DNA from: Dehalococcoidia bacterium
Lineage (GTDB): Bacteria; Chloroflexota; Dehalococcoidia; Dehalococcoidales; JAUXAP01
Assembly: GCA_030619865.1 (NCBI GenBank)
Contig: JAUXAP010000003.1
Span: forward strand, 135-64,134
Reading direction: 5' to 3'
Length of the DNA stretch: 64,000 nucleotides
Shown here one piece after another: positions 53,265 through 61,700 of the stretch. The notes below the pieces were generated by a model that saw nothing but the letters and a program-made list of their open reading frames with translations, was not told the origin of the DNA and ran no database searches. A program made the position numbers and the translations under genes. The stretch's first letter is position 1. Each line of letters opens with the position of its first letter.

Positions 53265-53443
53265 ACTACTCTATTTCGGTCCCACTTTCACATTTCGGAT
53301 TGAGCTTGTGGTCTTCGGGCCGTAGGAATTAGGCTGTCTTCGTTCGTCATCTACAACATATTGCTGCTTAGGCTTAGGTATCTTTTGAGTGGTTGTTGAT
53401 GCCTTGGTAAACTAACCCGTGCTCCTACGCAGACCTGGGAATT

Positions 53444-54274
53444 TTACTTGGCTACTATTACGATAACATCATCCACATATACAACAGAATTCTCTGGCGA
53501 TTCAAACCCGATGGTACCGCTTAGCAGAGGTTCACTGTCTGTGTAGTGAAGTATCGGATTACCGTCAATATAAAGCACTATTCTATCTCTCTTGATTTCT
53601 ATCTTAAGGTCAATCCATTGGTTCTCCTGAAGACTCACTCCGCTCTTTGCAAGCAAAGCTTCATCTAAAAGCTTTTTGTTCAGTATTGGCCCTTCCGGTA
53701 CGATATTTAGAAAATACATTCCCAATTCTGCTGTAAGTCTAAAGTTCACCTTAGCTGACTGACTGAATTTGATTCTGGCCTCAAGTGTATAATCCGTCCA
53801 TTCTTGTGGACCGACATCAGCAGAACAAGACCCGACTCCCTGCAAAATGTAATTGCCATCTTCCTGGATGACAGACCAACCTCCCTCAAGATTCCATCCC
53901 GTCGCATCACCATCTTCAAAATCGTCCAAAAATAAGAGTATTGCCTCCATTTTGATAATTTGTGCTTCCACTGCAGCCAGATTATCCTTCGCATCGTTCA
54001 AGTCGCTCTGCAAGGATGAGATTTGACTTTGCGCCGTAGTAAGGTCACTTTCAACTTCTGAGCGGTCATTCTCAATGCTCTCTATCTGCCCCTGTGCCTT
54101 ATCGAGTTCGCCCTGCAAGGACTCTACCTTAGTCTGTAAGGATTCTACCTTGGCCTGTGTAGCATCCTGCTCAGCTAATACAGCATCATACTCTTCTTGA
54201 GGTATGCCACAACTTACCACCAGCAAGGATACTAACAACACCATTGCGCCAAGTAGAAATTGCTTCCTTCTCAT
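53444..54274 (-). CDS. lipoprotein: coiled-coil plus C-terminal DUF1080/LamG-like domain
   Basis: 276 aa. Lipobox LLVVSC, heptad region, C-terminal WSVIQEDGNYILQG...GTIGFES...VYVDDVIV. Confidence 0.7.
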   Translation of the reverse strand: MRRKQFLLGAMVLLVSLLVVSCGIPQEEYDAVLAEQDATQAKVESLQTKVESLQGELDKAQGQIESIENDRSEVESDLTTAQSQISSLQSDLNDAKDNLAAVEAQIIKMEAILLFLDDFEDGDATGWNLEGGWSVIQEDGNYILQGVGSCSADVGPQEWTDYTLEARIKFSQSAKVNFRLTAELGMYFLNIVPEGPILNKKLLDEALLAKSGVSLQENQWIDLKIEIKRDRIVLYIDGNPILHYTDSEPLLSGTIGFESPENSVVYVDDVIVIVAK

Positions 54275-54429
54275 TTTATACCTCCTTCTTGTTTATTGAA
54301 CTAAATAGGGCACCATCAATCGCCTGCCAAATTACCTGACGATTCTAGTACCCTTCCCTTTCATCTAACCTCACCTCCTAAACTAATACTACAGTCTATA
54401 TTCAATTGTTTCAAGGTTATTTTACCTAA

Positions 54430-54529
54430 TGGGATTTGAGTTTAGTTCTCTCCTGGGGGTTTGTCAATACACAAATGGGTAATACTTTTCTGGACTCGCC
54501 CAGGAGTCTCACACCGCGAAACGGGGCTT
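54430..54529 (+). repeat. core-motif copy D with extended homology to copy C
   Basis: Core CAGGAGTCTCACACCGCGAAACGGGGCTT at 54501-54529. Confidence 0.75.
54439..54467 (-). promoter_or_regulatory. promoter TTGACA-17-TAAACT (minus strand) upstream of the lipoprotein gene
   Basis: Minus strand reads TTGACA aacccccaggagagaac TAAACT, about 160 nt before ATG 54274. Confidence 0.45.
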
Positions 54530-54641
54530 TAGTTCCTTCAATTCCTCTTTTGACGGGTCTGAGGCATATGGCAACCTTGACAGCCACCACGGCAGATAGT
54601 AGCATTTCACAAATGGAGATGAAAGGAGGTCCAGAAGAACG

Positions 54642-55082
54642 ATGAAAGCAGATACAAAGACAGAAGCCGAGGTAATGGCGGTTTTGAACCAACTCACTGA
54701 AGCTTATAAAAAGCAGGACTTGGATGGTATCTTGGCTCTCTACACGCCAGACCCTGATGTAGTTACTATCGGTACAGGGGTAGATGAGAAGCGCATCGGA
54801 CTGGCCGAGAGAAAAGTCCAATTAGAACGCGATTTTGCTCAGGTCAAGGAAATATCTGTTCAGATGGGCTGGTACTCGGTATCAGCGGCGGGTTCAGTAG
54901 CGTGGGTGGCATCTGATGTTATCGCCCGAGGTAAGGTCAGCGGGCAAGAAACAAGCGTGCCTATGCGAGCAACCTTTGTGTTGGAGCAGCGCGGGGGCAA
55001 GTGGCTTATCGCACAATCACACACGTCATTACCGGCTGCCGGGCAAAAAGAGGGTGAGTCATTCCCAACAGAGTCGTCGTAG
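54642..55082 (+). CDS. SnoaL-like / NTF2-fold protein (DUF4440-like)
   Basis: 146 aa. VMAVLNQLTEAYKKQDLDGILALYTPD...GGKWLIAQSH. Confidence 0.7.
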   Translation: MKADTKTEAEVMAVLNQLTEAYKKQDLDGILALYTPDPDVVTIGTGVDEKRIGLAERKVQLERDFAQVKEISVQMGWYSVSAAGSVAWVASDVIARGKVSGQETSVPMRATFVLEQRGGKWLIAQSHTSLPAAGQKEGESFPTESS

Positions 55083-55231
55083 CGCAATACGCGTAACTTG
55101 AAAGCCCCAGGACTTACCCTAGAAGCGCCACATCGAGGATCCGGGCTGATATTACTTCTAAGTTGGATACTATATGATACAATAATGTAAGCAGCTATCC
55201 TATGACTACAGCGCCTTACAAGGGGTTTAAT

Positions 55232-56155
55232 ATGAGTGTCATCGTTAAATGTGAGCATCTTACCAAAAGCTACGGGGATTTAATTGCGGTAAACGATGTC
55301 AGTTTCAGGGTGGAGGAAGGGGAGATATTTGGGCTGGTAGGGCCAAACGGAGCGGGCAAGACAACATTGATAGAAATGATTGAAGGTTTAAGGACGCCTG
55401 ATAGTGGCTTGATTAAAGCTCTTGGTCTAGACCCAACCAAACAGGGCGATGAGTTGAAAGAGAGAATAGGGGTATTACTCCAAACCACCTCTATCCAGCC
55501 TGATATAAAGGTTAAAGAGGCACTAAGACTTTTTGCTAGTTTTTATCAGCGTGCCCCCGATAATGCTGAAGAACTGCTCCACACACTCTCCTTAGAGGAC
55601 AAGGCAGATAGCCGCTTCAAGAAGCTCTCTGGAGGACTAAAACAAAGGGTGGCTATAGCCCTGGCTCTGGTGAACGACCCGGAGATACTTTTCCTCGATG
55701 AGCTAACTACCGGGTTAGACCCCCAAGCAAGAAGAAACATGTGGGACCTTGTAGAAACCATGAGGACTCAAGGCAAAACGATCTTCCTCACCACGCACTA
55801 CATGGAAGAAGCTGAGAAACTCTGTGATAGGGTGGGCATTATTGATTACGGAAAAATCATCGCCCTGGACACTCCCAGAAACCTCGTCAATAACCTGAGT
55901 GCTGAGTCCAAGGTAACCTTCAATATAGAGGATAAAGACGTAGCTACCTCAAAATTTGAGTTAGTAGGGGCAGTGAGCCGGGTGGAGAAAGTCGAGGACG
56001 GTATTATCCTGTATACCAGGGACGGGAATGTTACTCTCCAGGAATTGGTCAGGTTGGCAGATAAGCAAAAATTCAGGTTAAGCAACCTGCGTACGGAAAG
56101 CCCGAGTCTGGACGATGTCTTCCTTACTCTTACGGGGAGGGAGATGAGGGAATGA
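55232..56155 (+). CDS. ABC transporter ATP-binding protein (ABC-2/DrrA-like)
   Basis: Walker A GPNGAGKTT, signature LSGGLKQR, Walker B ILFLDE. ATG 55232 follows AAGGGG. Confidence 0.9.
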   Translation: MSVIVKCEHLTKSYGDLIAVNDVSFRVEEGEIFGLVGPNGAGKTTLIEMIEGLRTPDSGLIKALGLDPTKQGDELKERIGVLLQTTSIQPDIKVKEALRLFASFYQRAPDNAEELLHTLSLEDKADSRFKKLSGGLKQRVAIALALVNDPEILFLDELTTGLDPQARRNMWDLVETMRTQGKTIFLTTHYMEEAEKLCDRVGIIDYGKIIALDTPRNLVNNLSAESKVTFNIEDKDVATSKFELVGAVSRVEKVEDGIILYTRDGNVTLQELVRLADKQKFRLSNLRTESPSLDDVFLTLTGREMRE

Positions 56156-56901
56156 AACTTAGAGGTTTGTGGCAGCTTGCCTGGAGCGAGTTCAAGCTAA
56201 ACCTGAGAAACCCGGCTATGGTCTTCTGGTCGATTACTTTTCCCGCACTTTGGATGAGTCTATTCGGAGCAATTGCTAGTGAGCCTATACCTGGTTTCGA
56301 ATATGAGGGACTTAACCTTGCCAATTTCCTTCTCCCCGGAGGCATTGGACTGGTAATTGTCGCCTCGGCTTTCATTGGCACGCCCATCAACCTGACAACC
56401 TACAGGGAGGCCGGTGTGCTCAAGAGATTGCGGGTAACTCCTCTTAGGACTTCAACACTGGCTTTTGGTTTTACTCTCAGTCAGTTTATTTTCATGGTTC
56501 TGGGAATACTGGTCCTTTTTATCATTGGTAAAATCTTCTTCAATGTCCAAGTTCTCGGCTCGTGGGCAGCCTTAATCGGCATGATAGTTTTTGGAATGAT
56601 TACTTTCCTCGCCCTGGGTAGTGCCATCGGTAGTGTGGTTGGGTCGTGGCGTACCGCCGCGGTCGTTACACAGATATTCTTTATACCCATGCTATTCCTC
56701 TCCGACCTGTTTATGCCCATATCTATGTTTCCTGATTGGCTCCAGCCGATATGTAAGGCCCTCCCCCTCACCCCTCTCAATATTTTTTTAAGGGATATTG
56801 TATATGGAGTACCTCTGGAAGGGCTGTGGCAGCTGGGGATAATGGCTGGCTGGCTAGTTTTAGGCAGCATTGTTACCCTGCGGTTCTTCAAGTGGGAGTA
56901 G
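56152..56901 (+). CDS. ABC-2 type transporter permease
   Basis: 249 aa with six TM helices. 4-nt overlap with the ATPase gene. Confidence 0.85.
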   Translation: MKLRGLWQLAWSEFKLNLRNPAMVFWSITFPALWMSLFGAIASEPIPGFEYEGLNLANFLLPGGIGLVIVASAFIGTPINLTTYREAGVLKRLRVTPLRTSTLAFGFTLSQFIFMVLGILVLFIIGKIFFNVQVLGSWAALIGMIVFGMITFLALGSAIGSVVGSWRTAAVVTQIFFIPMLFLSDLFMPISMFPDWLQPICKALPLTPLNIFLRDIVYGVPLEGLWQLGIMAGWLVLGSIVTLRFFKWE

Positions 56902-57164
56902 GCCCCTAAGGCGCAACAAAAGCCTGTTGAAGGTCAGCGCATTCGATTTTATACTACTTATCTTATTAGTCGCCACCACCTAGAGAATAGGAATCTCAAG
57001 GCTAAATGTTCTAGGAAAATGGGAGCATCAGGTTTATAACTTGGCGGTTATGAGCCTAAATATATGAGACACTGACTTAGGTTCAAGGTATCCTGCAAAT
57101 AGTATATAATGGTAAGCGGAGAAATAACCAACTTTTAAACACAACCGTCCAGTAGGAGGAGGCA

Positions 57165-58619
57165 ATGAAAGATAAACAAGAATACCAAGGGTACCGTGGG
57201 GCTGGAGTCCGCTTGAGCGAGCCTCTGGCTCCTGAAGTAATAGATGCCAAGTGGGACTCACGGTCCACTCCTACTCTGTACAGAGGCTTACACATGTTCG
57301 ACAAAGCGCATCTGGTTATGCTGGCGGAAACAGGGATTATTCGGAGAGAAGATACTGCAGTATGCCTGAGCGCCCTTTTGCAGATGGAGGAGGAGGGTCT
57401 AGAACATACTCGGGAAGAGATGCAGAGTGGTATTCATTCGGGAGAGGTCTATTTGGTACGCAAGCTGGGTCTTGAGGTAGGGGGTAGAATCCACGCAGGG
57501 CGGAGCTCTGGAGACCTAATCTGGGTTTCCACCCGCATTAGGATGCGGGAGGATCTCCTGACCGTAATGGATGCACTTAACGCGTATCGGGAGGCTCTGC
57601 TGAACTTAGCAAGAAAGCACACGAGGACTGTTATGCCTTTCTACACCCACGGTCAGCATGCCATGCCCAGCACCCTAGCCCTTTACCTCCACGCCTGGGC
57701 TTGCTCTGCAGAACGAGACTTCGTCAGACTAGACGCAGCATATGCCAATACCAATATAAGCGTCGCTGGGGTCGCAGCCGGAAATGCCTCTCGGTTCCGC
57801 CTCAACCGTGAGCGCACAGCAGAGCTTATGGGGTTTGATTCCGCGTCCACCAACACTAGAGATGCAAGAAACTATGACCATCTGGCAGAGATGGGGAGTG
57901 CCTTGGCGATTCTAAACGGTAACCTCGGGTCATTGGCTGATACGTTAGTATTGTGGTGTGGCCAGGAATACCAACTCGTCCAGATCGCTGACCGATACTG
58001 CGACACGAGCAGTATCTTTGCCCATAAGCGGAATCCCGATAGCGCTGAGTCTGTGCAAGGAGTGAGAAACAAGGTTACGGGTCGGACTGTCACTTCCTAC
58101 ACCATACACGAGCTCGTATCGGTGGCCGAATCCACCTCGAGAGGCCTGAAGATTATGGCAGGGGTAATCAATACTCTGAAGGTGAACAAGGAGCGGATGC
58201 TCGATCTCGTGTCTTCTTTCTGGGCCCAGATTCCGGATCTGGGGGCAGTCCTGGTGCTGGAGAAGGGTCTATCGTGGCGAATGGCACACCAGATCGTCGG
58301 AACGCTGGTACGTTTGTCGGAAGAGGAAGGGAAGGGTCCGGCTGATATCACCCCAGAGATGCTGGATCGCGCAGCCAGGTTGTATGCAAACAAGCCCGTG
58401 AAGCTGAGCGCCGATGTTATCGCCAAAGCCATGGATCCAATAGATTGTGTAAACAACCGATGGGTTACCGGAGCGGCTCGTCCGCAGGAGATGGCAAGGC
58501 AAGTTGGCTGCTCGTTGGACCGTTTAGCCAAGGATGGCAAGAAGTTAGAGGATAGGAGGCACAAGCTGGAAGAGGCTGAACACAAGTTGCGCCAAGCGGT
58601 CAAGGCTATTGCAGGATGA
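57165..58619 (+). CDS. fumarate-lyase-superfamily enzyme (argininosuccinate-lyase-like, divergent signature loop)
   Basis: 484 aa with overall ASL-like layout. The signature region reads TSSIFAHKRNPDSAE instead of the usual GSSxMPxKxNP. Confidence 0.7.
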   Translation: MKDKQEYQGYRGAGVRLSEPLAPEVIDAKWDSRSTPTLYRGLHMFDKAHLVMLAETGIIRREDTAVCLSALLQMEEEGLEHTREEMQSGIHSGEVYLVRKLGLEVGGRIHAGRSSGDLIWVSTRIRMREDLLTVMDALNAYREALLNLARKHTRTVMPFYTHGQHAMPSTLALYLHAWACSAERDFVRLDAAYANTNISVAGVAAGNASRFRLNRERTAELMGFDSASTNTRDARNYDHLAEMGSALAILNGNLGSLADTLVLWCGQEYQLVQIADRYCDTSSIFAHKRNPDSAESVQGVRNKVTGRTVTSYTIHELVSVAESTSRGLKIMAGVINTLKVNKERMLDLVSSFWAQIPDLGAVLVLEKGLSWRMAHQIVGTLVRLSEEEGKGPADITPEMLDRAARLYANKPVKLSADVIAKAMDPIDCVNNRWVTGAARPQEMARQVGCSLDRLAKDGKKLEDRRHKLEEAEHKLRQAVKAIAG

Positions 58620-58695
58620 ATAGCGTTAGGACTCTACGATTTGGTTGCTAGCATGCCATTCCTCTGGCAACTGCAGGTGTCTCCTTATATTGCAT

Positions 58696-58724
58696 TTGAC
58701 ACAGCACGCGTTGGCAGTTAAACT
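58696..58724 (+). promoter_or_regulatory. promoter TTGACA-17-TAAACT with ~120-nt leader before the cold-shock gene
   Basis: Exact -35 and 17-nt spacer. The leader contains the hairpin CCACAA...TTGTGG. Confidence 0.45.
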
Positions 58725-58847
58725 TATATAATAGAAAAAAATAGCTGGCTTTCAGTTTAAACAAAAATCATTTATTTAGAGGGTGTGGTTCCACAAGCCT
58801 CTAAAAAGGGTTTTGTGGGATTTCTATTTAAAAGGAGGTGAAGACAC

Positions 58848-59051
58848 TTGAAAGGAAAGATAAAGAGACTTATCCGGGACCGGGGTTTCGGTTTCATCAG
58901 TGCCGAAAATGAAGCTGAGGTCTTCTTCCATCGCACCGCTTTGAAGAGTATAGAGTTTGATACCCTGAACGAGGGCGACGAGGTGGAGTTTGACTTAGAG
59001 AAAGACCGTAGGGGTGACCGAGCAGCGAATGTAACTGTGATAACAGCCTAA
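58848..59051 (+). CDS. cold-shock domain protein
   Basis: 67 aa. RGFGFI RNP1-like motif. TTG start 8 nt after AGGAGGTG. Confidence 0.85.
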   Translation: MKGKIKRLIRDRGFGFISAENEAEVFFHRTALKSIEFDTLNEGDEVEFDLEKDRRGDRAANVTVITA

Positions 59052-59074
59052 AGAAAAGAGACAACATAGTAATA

Positions 59075-59314
59075 GTGACGTCACCAACAGCAGAGAGGAT
59101 CAGTAAAGATCTGCAAGCTGCGGCGACAGAGCCTGAAGTAACCATTAGACTTACTCCCTCCCCTTCGATGTCAAATCGGATAGAGATGGTATTGGACAAG
59201 GAAAAAGAAGGAGAGCAAGTAGTGGAAAGCGAGCGGGTAAAGATATTATTACTTGGCCCCGAAATAGCCAAAGCGCTGGGGGGAATGGTTATTGATTACG
59301 AGCAAATGCCCTAA
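59075..59314 (+). CDS. hypothetical protein, HesB/IscA-like layout without cysteines
   Basis: 79 aa with a GTG start. C-terminal LGGMVIDY resembles the IscA-fold tail. No Cys present. Confidence 0.4.
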   Translation: MTSPTAERISKDLQAAATEPEVTIRLTPSPSMSNRIEMVLDKEKEGEQVVESERVKILLLGPEIAKALGGMVIDYEQMP

Positions 59315-59490
59315 GGAGGAAGGTTCACCATATCGAAGCTTGCTCCTGGTACATAATGCTAAAGTAATTCCCGAATTTTCAGCAGAGATGTAGCTGCATT
59401 CAACTTCAATGAAACTTCTGTTAGTTAATCTACGTGCCGGATTTTCCCCATGCAGGGAGCCAGTTTTTAATATCCCAATGAATAATGTAG

Positions 59491-59970
59491 CTATCTCTTT
59501 CGGATAGGGAATCTGATTTCGGTGACTGGCTCTTCACCCGCTATTGTGGGATCATTATAATACAACTCCTCTACGGGACCGTTTACTTCATAATCGTTGG
59601 TTGCGATCCAAGTATTGAGAGCGACATAAATAGGCTCAATATTCTCATACGGACCTTTGTATATAGTAGTGGCCATCTTAACAGCATCTGATTTCTTTAC
59701 CCCAAGACCTTCTACGTCTGGCCCTACTTCAGCTATATCACCAGAGAGCTGACTCCTGAGTTCCCACCTTAGCTGTTCGTCTGGAACCTCCCCTGGTATA
59801 TTGTAGTATACAGCAATAGATGGCCCAATAGGTTTATAACCTTTCTGGGTAATCCAGCCGTATAACTTTTGAAAGGTCATCGGAATCTGGCTAAAATCAC
59901 CTTTTACACTAATAAAGGCAACCGTCACCGGATTGATATCTTTTATCTTTACGTCAATTGAAGAATTCAT
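59491..59970 (-). CDS. GyrI-like small-molecule-binding domain protein
   Basis: 159 aa. Duplicated beta-alpha-beta-beta pattern (VAFISVKGDFSQIPMTFQKLYGWI...YKGPYENIEPIYVALNTWI). Confidence 0.7.
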   Translation of the reverse strand: MNSSIDVKIKDINPVTVAFISVKGDFSQIPMTFQKLYGWITQKGYKPIGPSIAVYYNIPGEVPDEQLRWELRSQLSGDIAEVGPDVEGLGVKKSDAVKMATTIYKGPYENIEPIYVALNTWIATNDYEVNGPVEELYYNDPTIAGEEPVTEIRFPIRKR

Positions 59971-60035
59971 GCTAACCTCCTTTATGATGTGTCGGGTATA
60001 CGCCCATAGTATACCACCTTAACCCTAGCTTACCC

Positions 60036-60066
60036 CACAAGTCCCACGCCGTGAAATAGGGCTTGC
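60036..60066 (+). repeat. core-motif copy E
   Basis: CACAAGTCCCACGCCGTGAAATAGGGCTTGC. Confidence 0.8.
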
Positions 60067-60211
60067 CAAACCTCTCGCGAGTAACAAGAAGCCCTCGGGA
60101 GGTAGTTTTTGCACTTTTCCCTGATGTTCCACTTGATGTTGGATAATGTCAGTGCTAACATTTAAACTATATCCAGAGTTTGAATCTTAGTCCTTGGCAT
60201 CAAGGTGTAGA

Positions 60212-61630
60212 ATGCAGAGAAAAACTAAGTTAGTCTGCACAATCGGGCCAGCGAGCAGCTCAAGCCTGATGATAGAAAAAATGGTGCGAGCTGGGATGAG
60301 CGTGGCCCGTCTTAATTTCTCGTATGGTACGCAAGAAGAACACGCTGAGGTCATTAGGACTATCCGTCAGGTTTCAACTGCATTAGACATACCGGTGGCT
60401 ATTTTAGTAGACCTGCTCGGTCCAAAATTAAGGACGGGCAGACTGGAAAAACAAGAAGTATACCTGAAGGAAGATGACGACTTTTCTCTCACTAGTGAGC
60501 AGGTCTTAGGTGATGAACACAGAGTATCAGTAGGCTTCCCTGCATTTTTCAATGCTATTAAAGTTGGTGACACCATCTTTCTAAATGATGGGGCTATTAG
60601 ACTAAAGGTGCTGTCCACTACAAAAAGTGAAGCTAAATGTAAAGTGATAGTTGGTGGACCACTCACTGCCAATAAGGGTATAAATGTACCGGGAGTTGAA
60701 CTTAATGTCCCTTCTGTTACCAGCGAAGACCTAAAACACCTTGCTTTTGGAGTAGCACAGGGTGTGGACTTCGTTGCTGTCTCCTTCGTTCGTTCAGCGA
60801 CTGATATAGCTGGAATAAGACAACTCCTACAGGAAAAGCGAGCCAATGTTCCGCTTATTGCCAAGATTGAGAGGCGTGAAGCAGTAAATGACATCGAGAG
60901 GATTATTACGGAAGCTGATGGCATAATGGTAGCTCGAGGTGATCTGGGGATAGAAATACCTTTAAGAAAAGTGCCGATAGTGCAGAAGGAGATTATACGT
61001 AGATGCAATCAGGTTGGTAAGCCCGTTATTGTAGCTACGCAGATGCTGGAATCAATGGTAGACGCGCCACGACCTACTCGTGCTGAGGTTAGTGATGTCG
61101 CCAATGCCATCTTTGACGGTGCCGATGCCGTCATGCTATCAGGTGAAACAGCTATTGGTAAATATCCCGTGCGAACCGTTAAGACAATGGCAAATATTGT
61201 TGCTGAAACTGAGAAAGTATTGCCTTACGAACGCGCCTTACTCGAAAAGAGCGAACAGATTATAGCTCAAACAGATGATGCTATAAGCTATGCTGCCTGC
61301 CATATGTCTCAGCGACTCGGGGCAAAATGTATCGTAGCTTACACAACTTCAGGAAGTACTGCTCTACGCGTATCTAAATATCGACCAAAAGTGCCCATCA
61401 TAGCCATTACACCCAATGACAATGTAGTCAGGAGGCTTGTCCTTAGCTGGGGCATAGAACCTCATCTTGCCACTGAGCCGGCAAACGTGGATACGATGTT
61501 TGAAGAGGCAGCAAAATTAGCAAGCAGAATTGGGATTGTCAAAAAGGGTGAACTTATAGTTATCACTGCCGGTATTCCAATGGGAGTGCCTGGTAGCACT
61601 AACGTGGTTAAGGTTCATCGCGTTGAGTAA
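60212..61630 (+). CDS. pyk: pyruvate kinase
   Basis: MQRKTKLVCTIGPAS N-terminus and the MVARGDLGIEIP motif. About 472 aa from ATG 60212 (TTG 60194 possible). Confidence 0.95.
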   Translation: MQRKTKLVCTIGPASSSSLMIEKMVRAGMSVARLNFSYGTQEEHAEVIRTIRQVSTALDIPVAILVDLLGPKLRTGRLEKQEVYLKEDDDFSLTSEQVLGDEHRVSVGFPAFFNAIKVGDTIFLNDGAIRLKVLSTTKSEAKCKVIVGGPLTANKGINVPGVELNVPSVTSEDLKHLAFGVAQGVDFVAVSFVRSATDIAGIRQLLQEKRANVPLIAKIERREAVNDIERIITEADGIMVARGDLGIEIPLRKVPIVQKEIIRRCNQVGKPVIVATQMLESMVDAPRPTRAEVSDVANAIFDGADAVMLSGETAIGKYPVRTVKTMANIVAETEKVLPYERALLEKSEQIIAQTDDAISYAACHMSQRLGAKCIVAYTTSGSTALRVSKYRPKVPIIAITPNDNVVRRLVLSWGIEPHLATEPANVDTMFEEAAKLASRIGIVKKGELIVITAGIPMGVPGSTNVVKVHRVE

Positions 61631-61700
61631 ACGAGCTATGCAAAAGCTGGGGATTGGAAAGAAACTCACTGTAAAGGACTTTGAAAGAGCAGGCAGGCTA

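Noticed and set aside
50997-60066. Possibility that the five-copy motif is a CRISPR array
   Set aside because: Spacing is irregular (about 490, 380, 2640 and 5530 bp), genes lie between copies, and there are no cas genes in the window.
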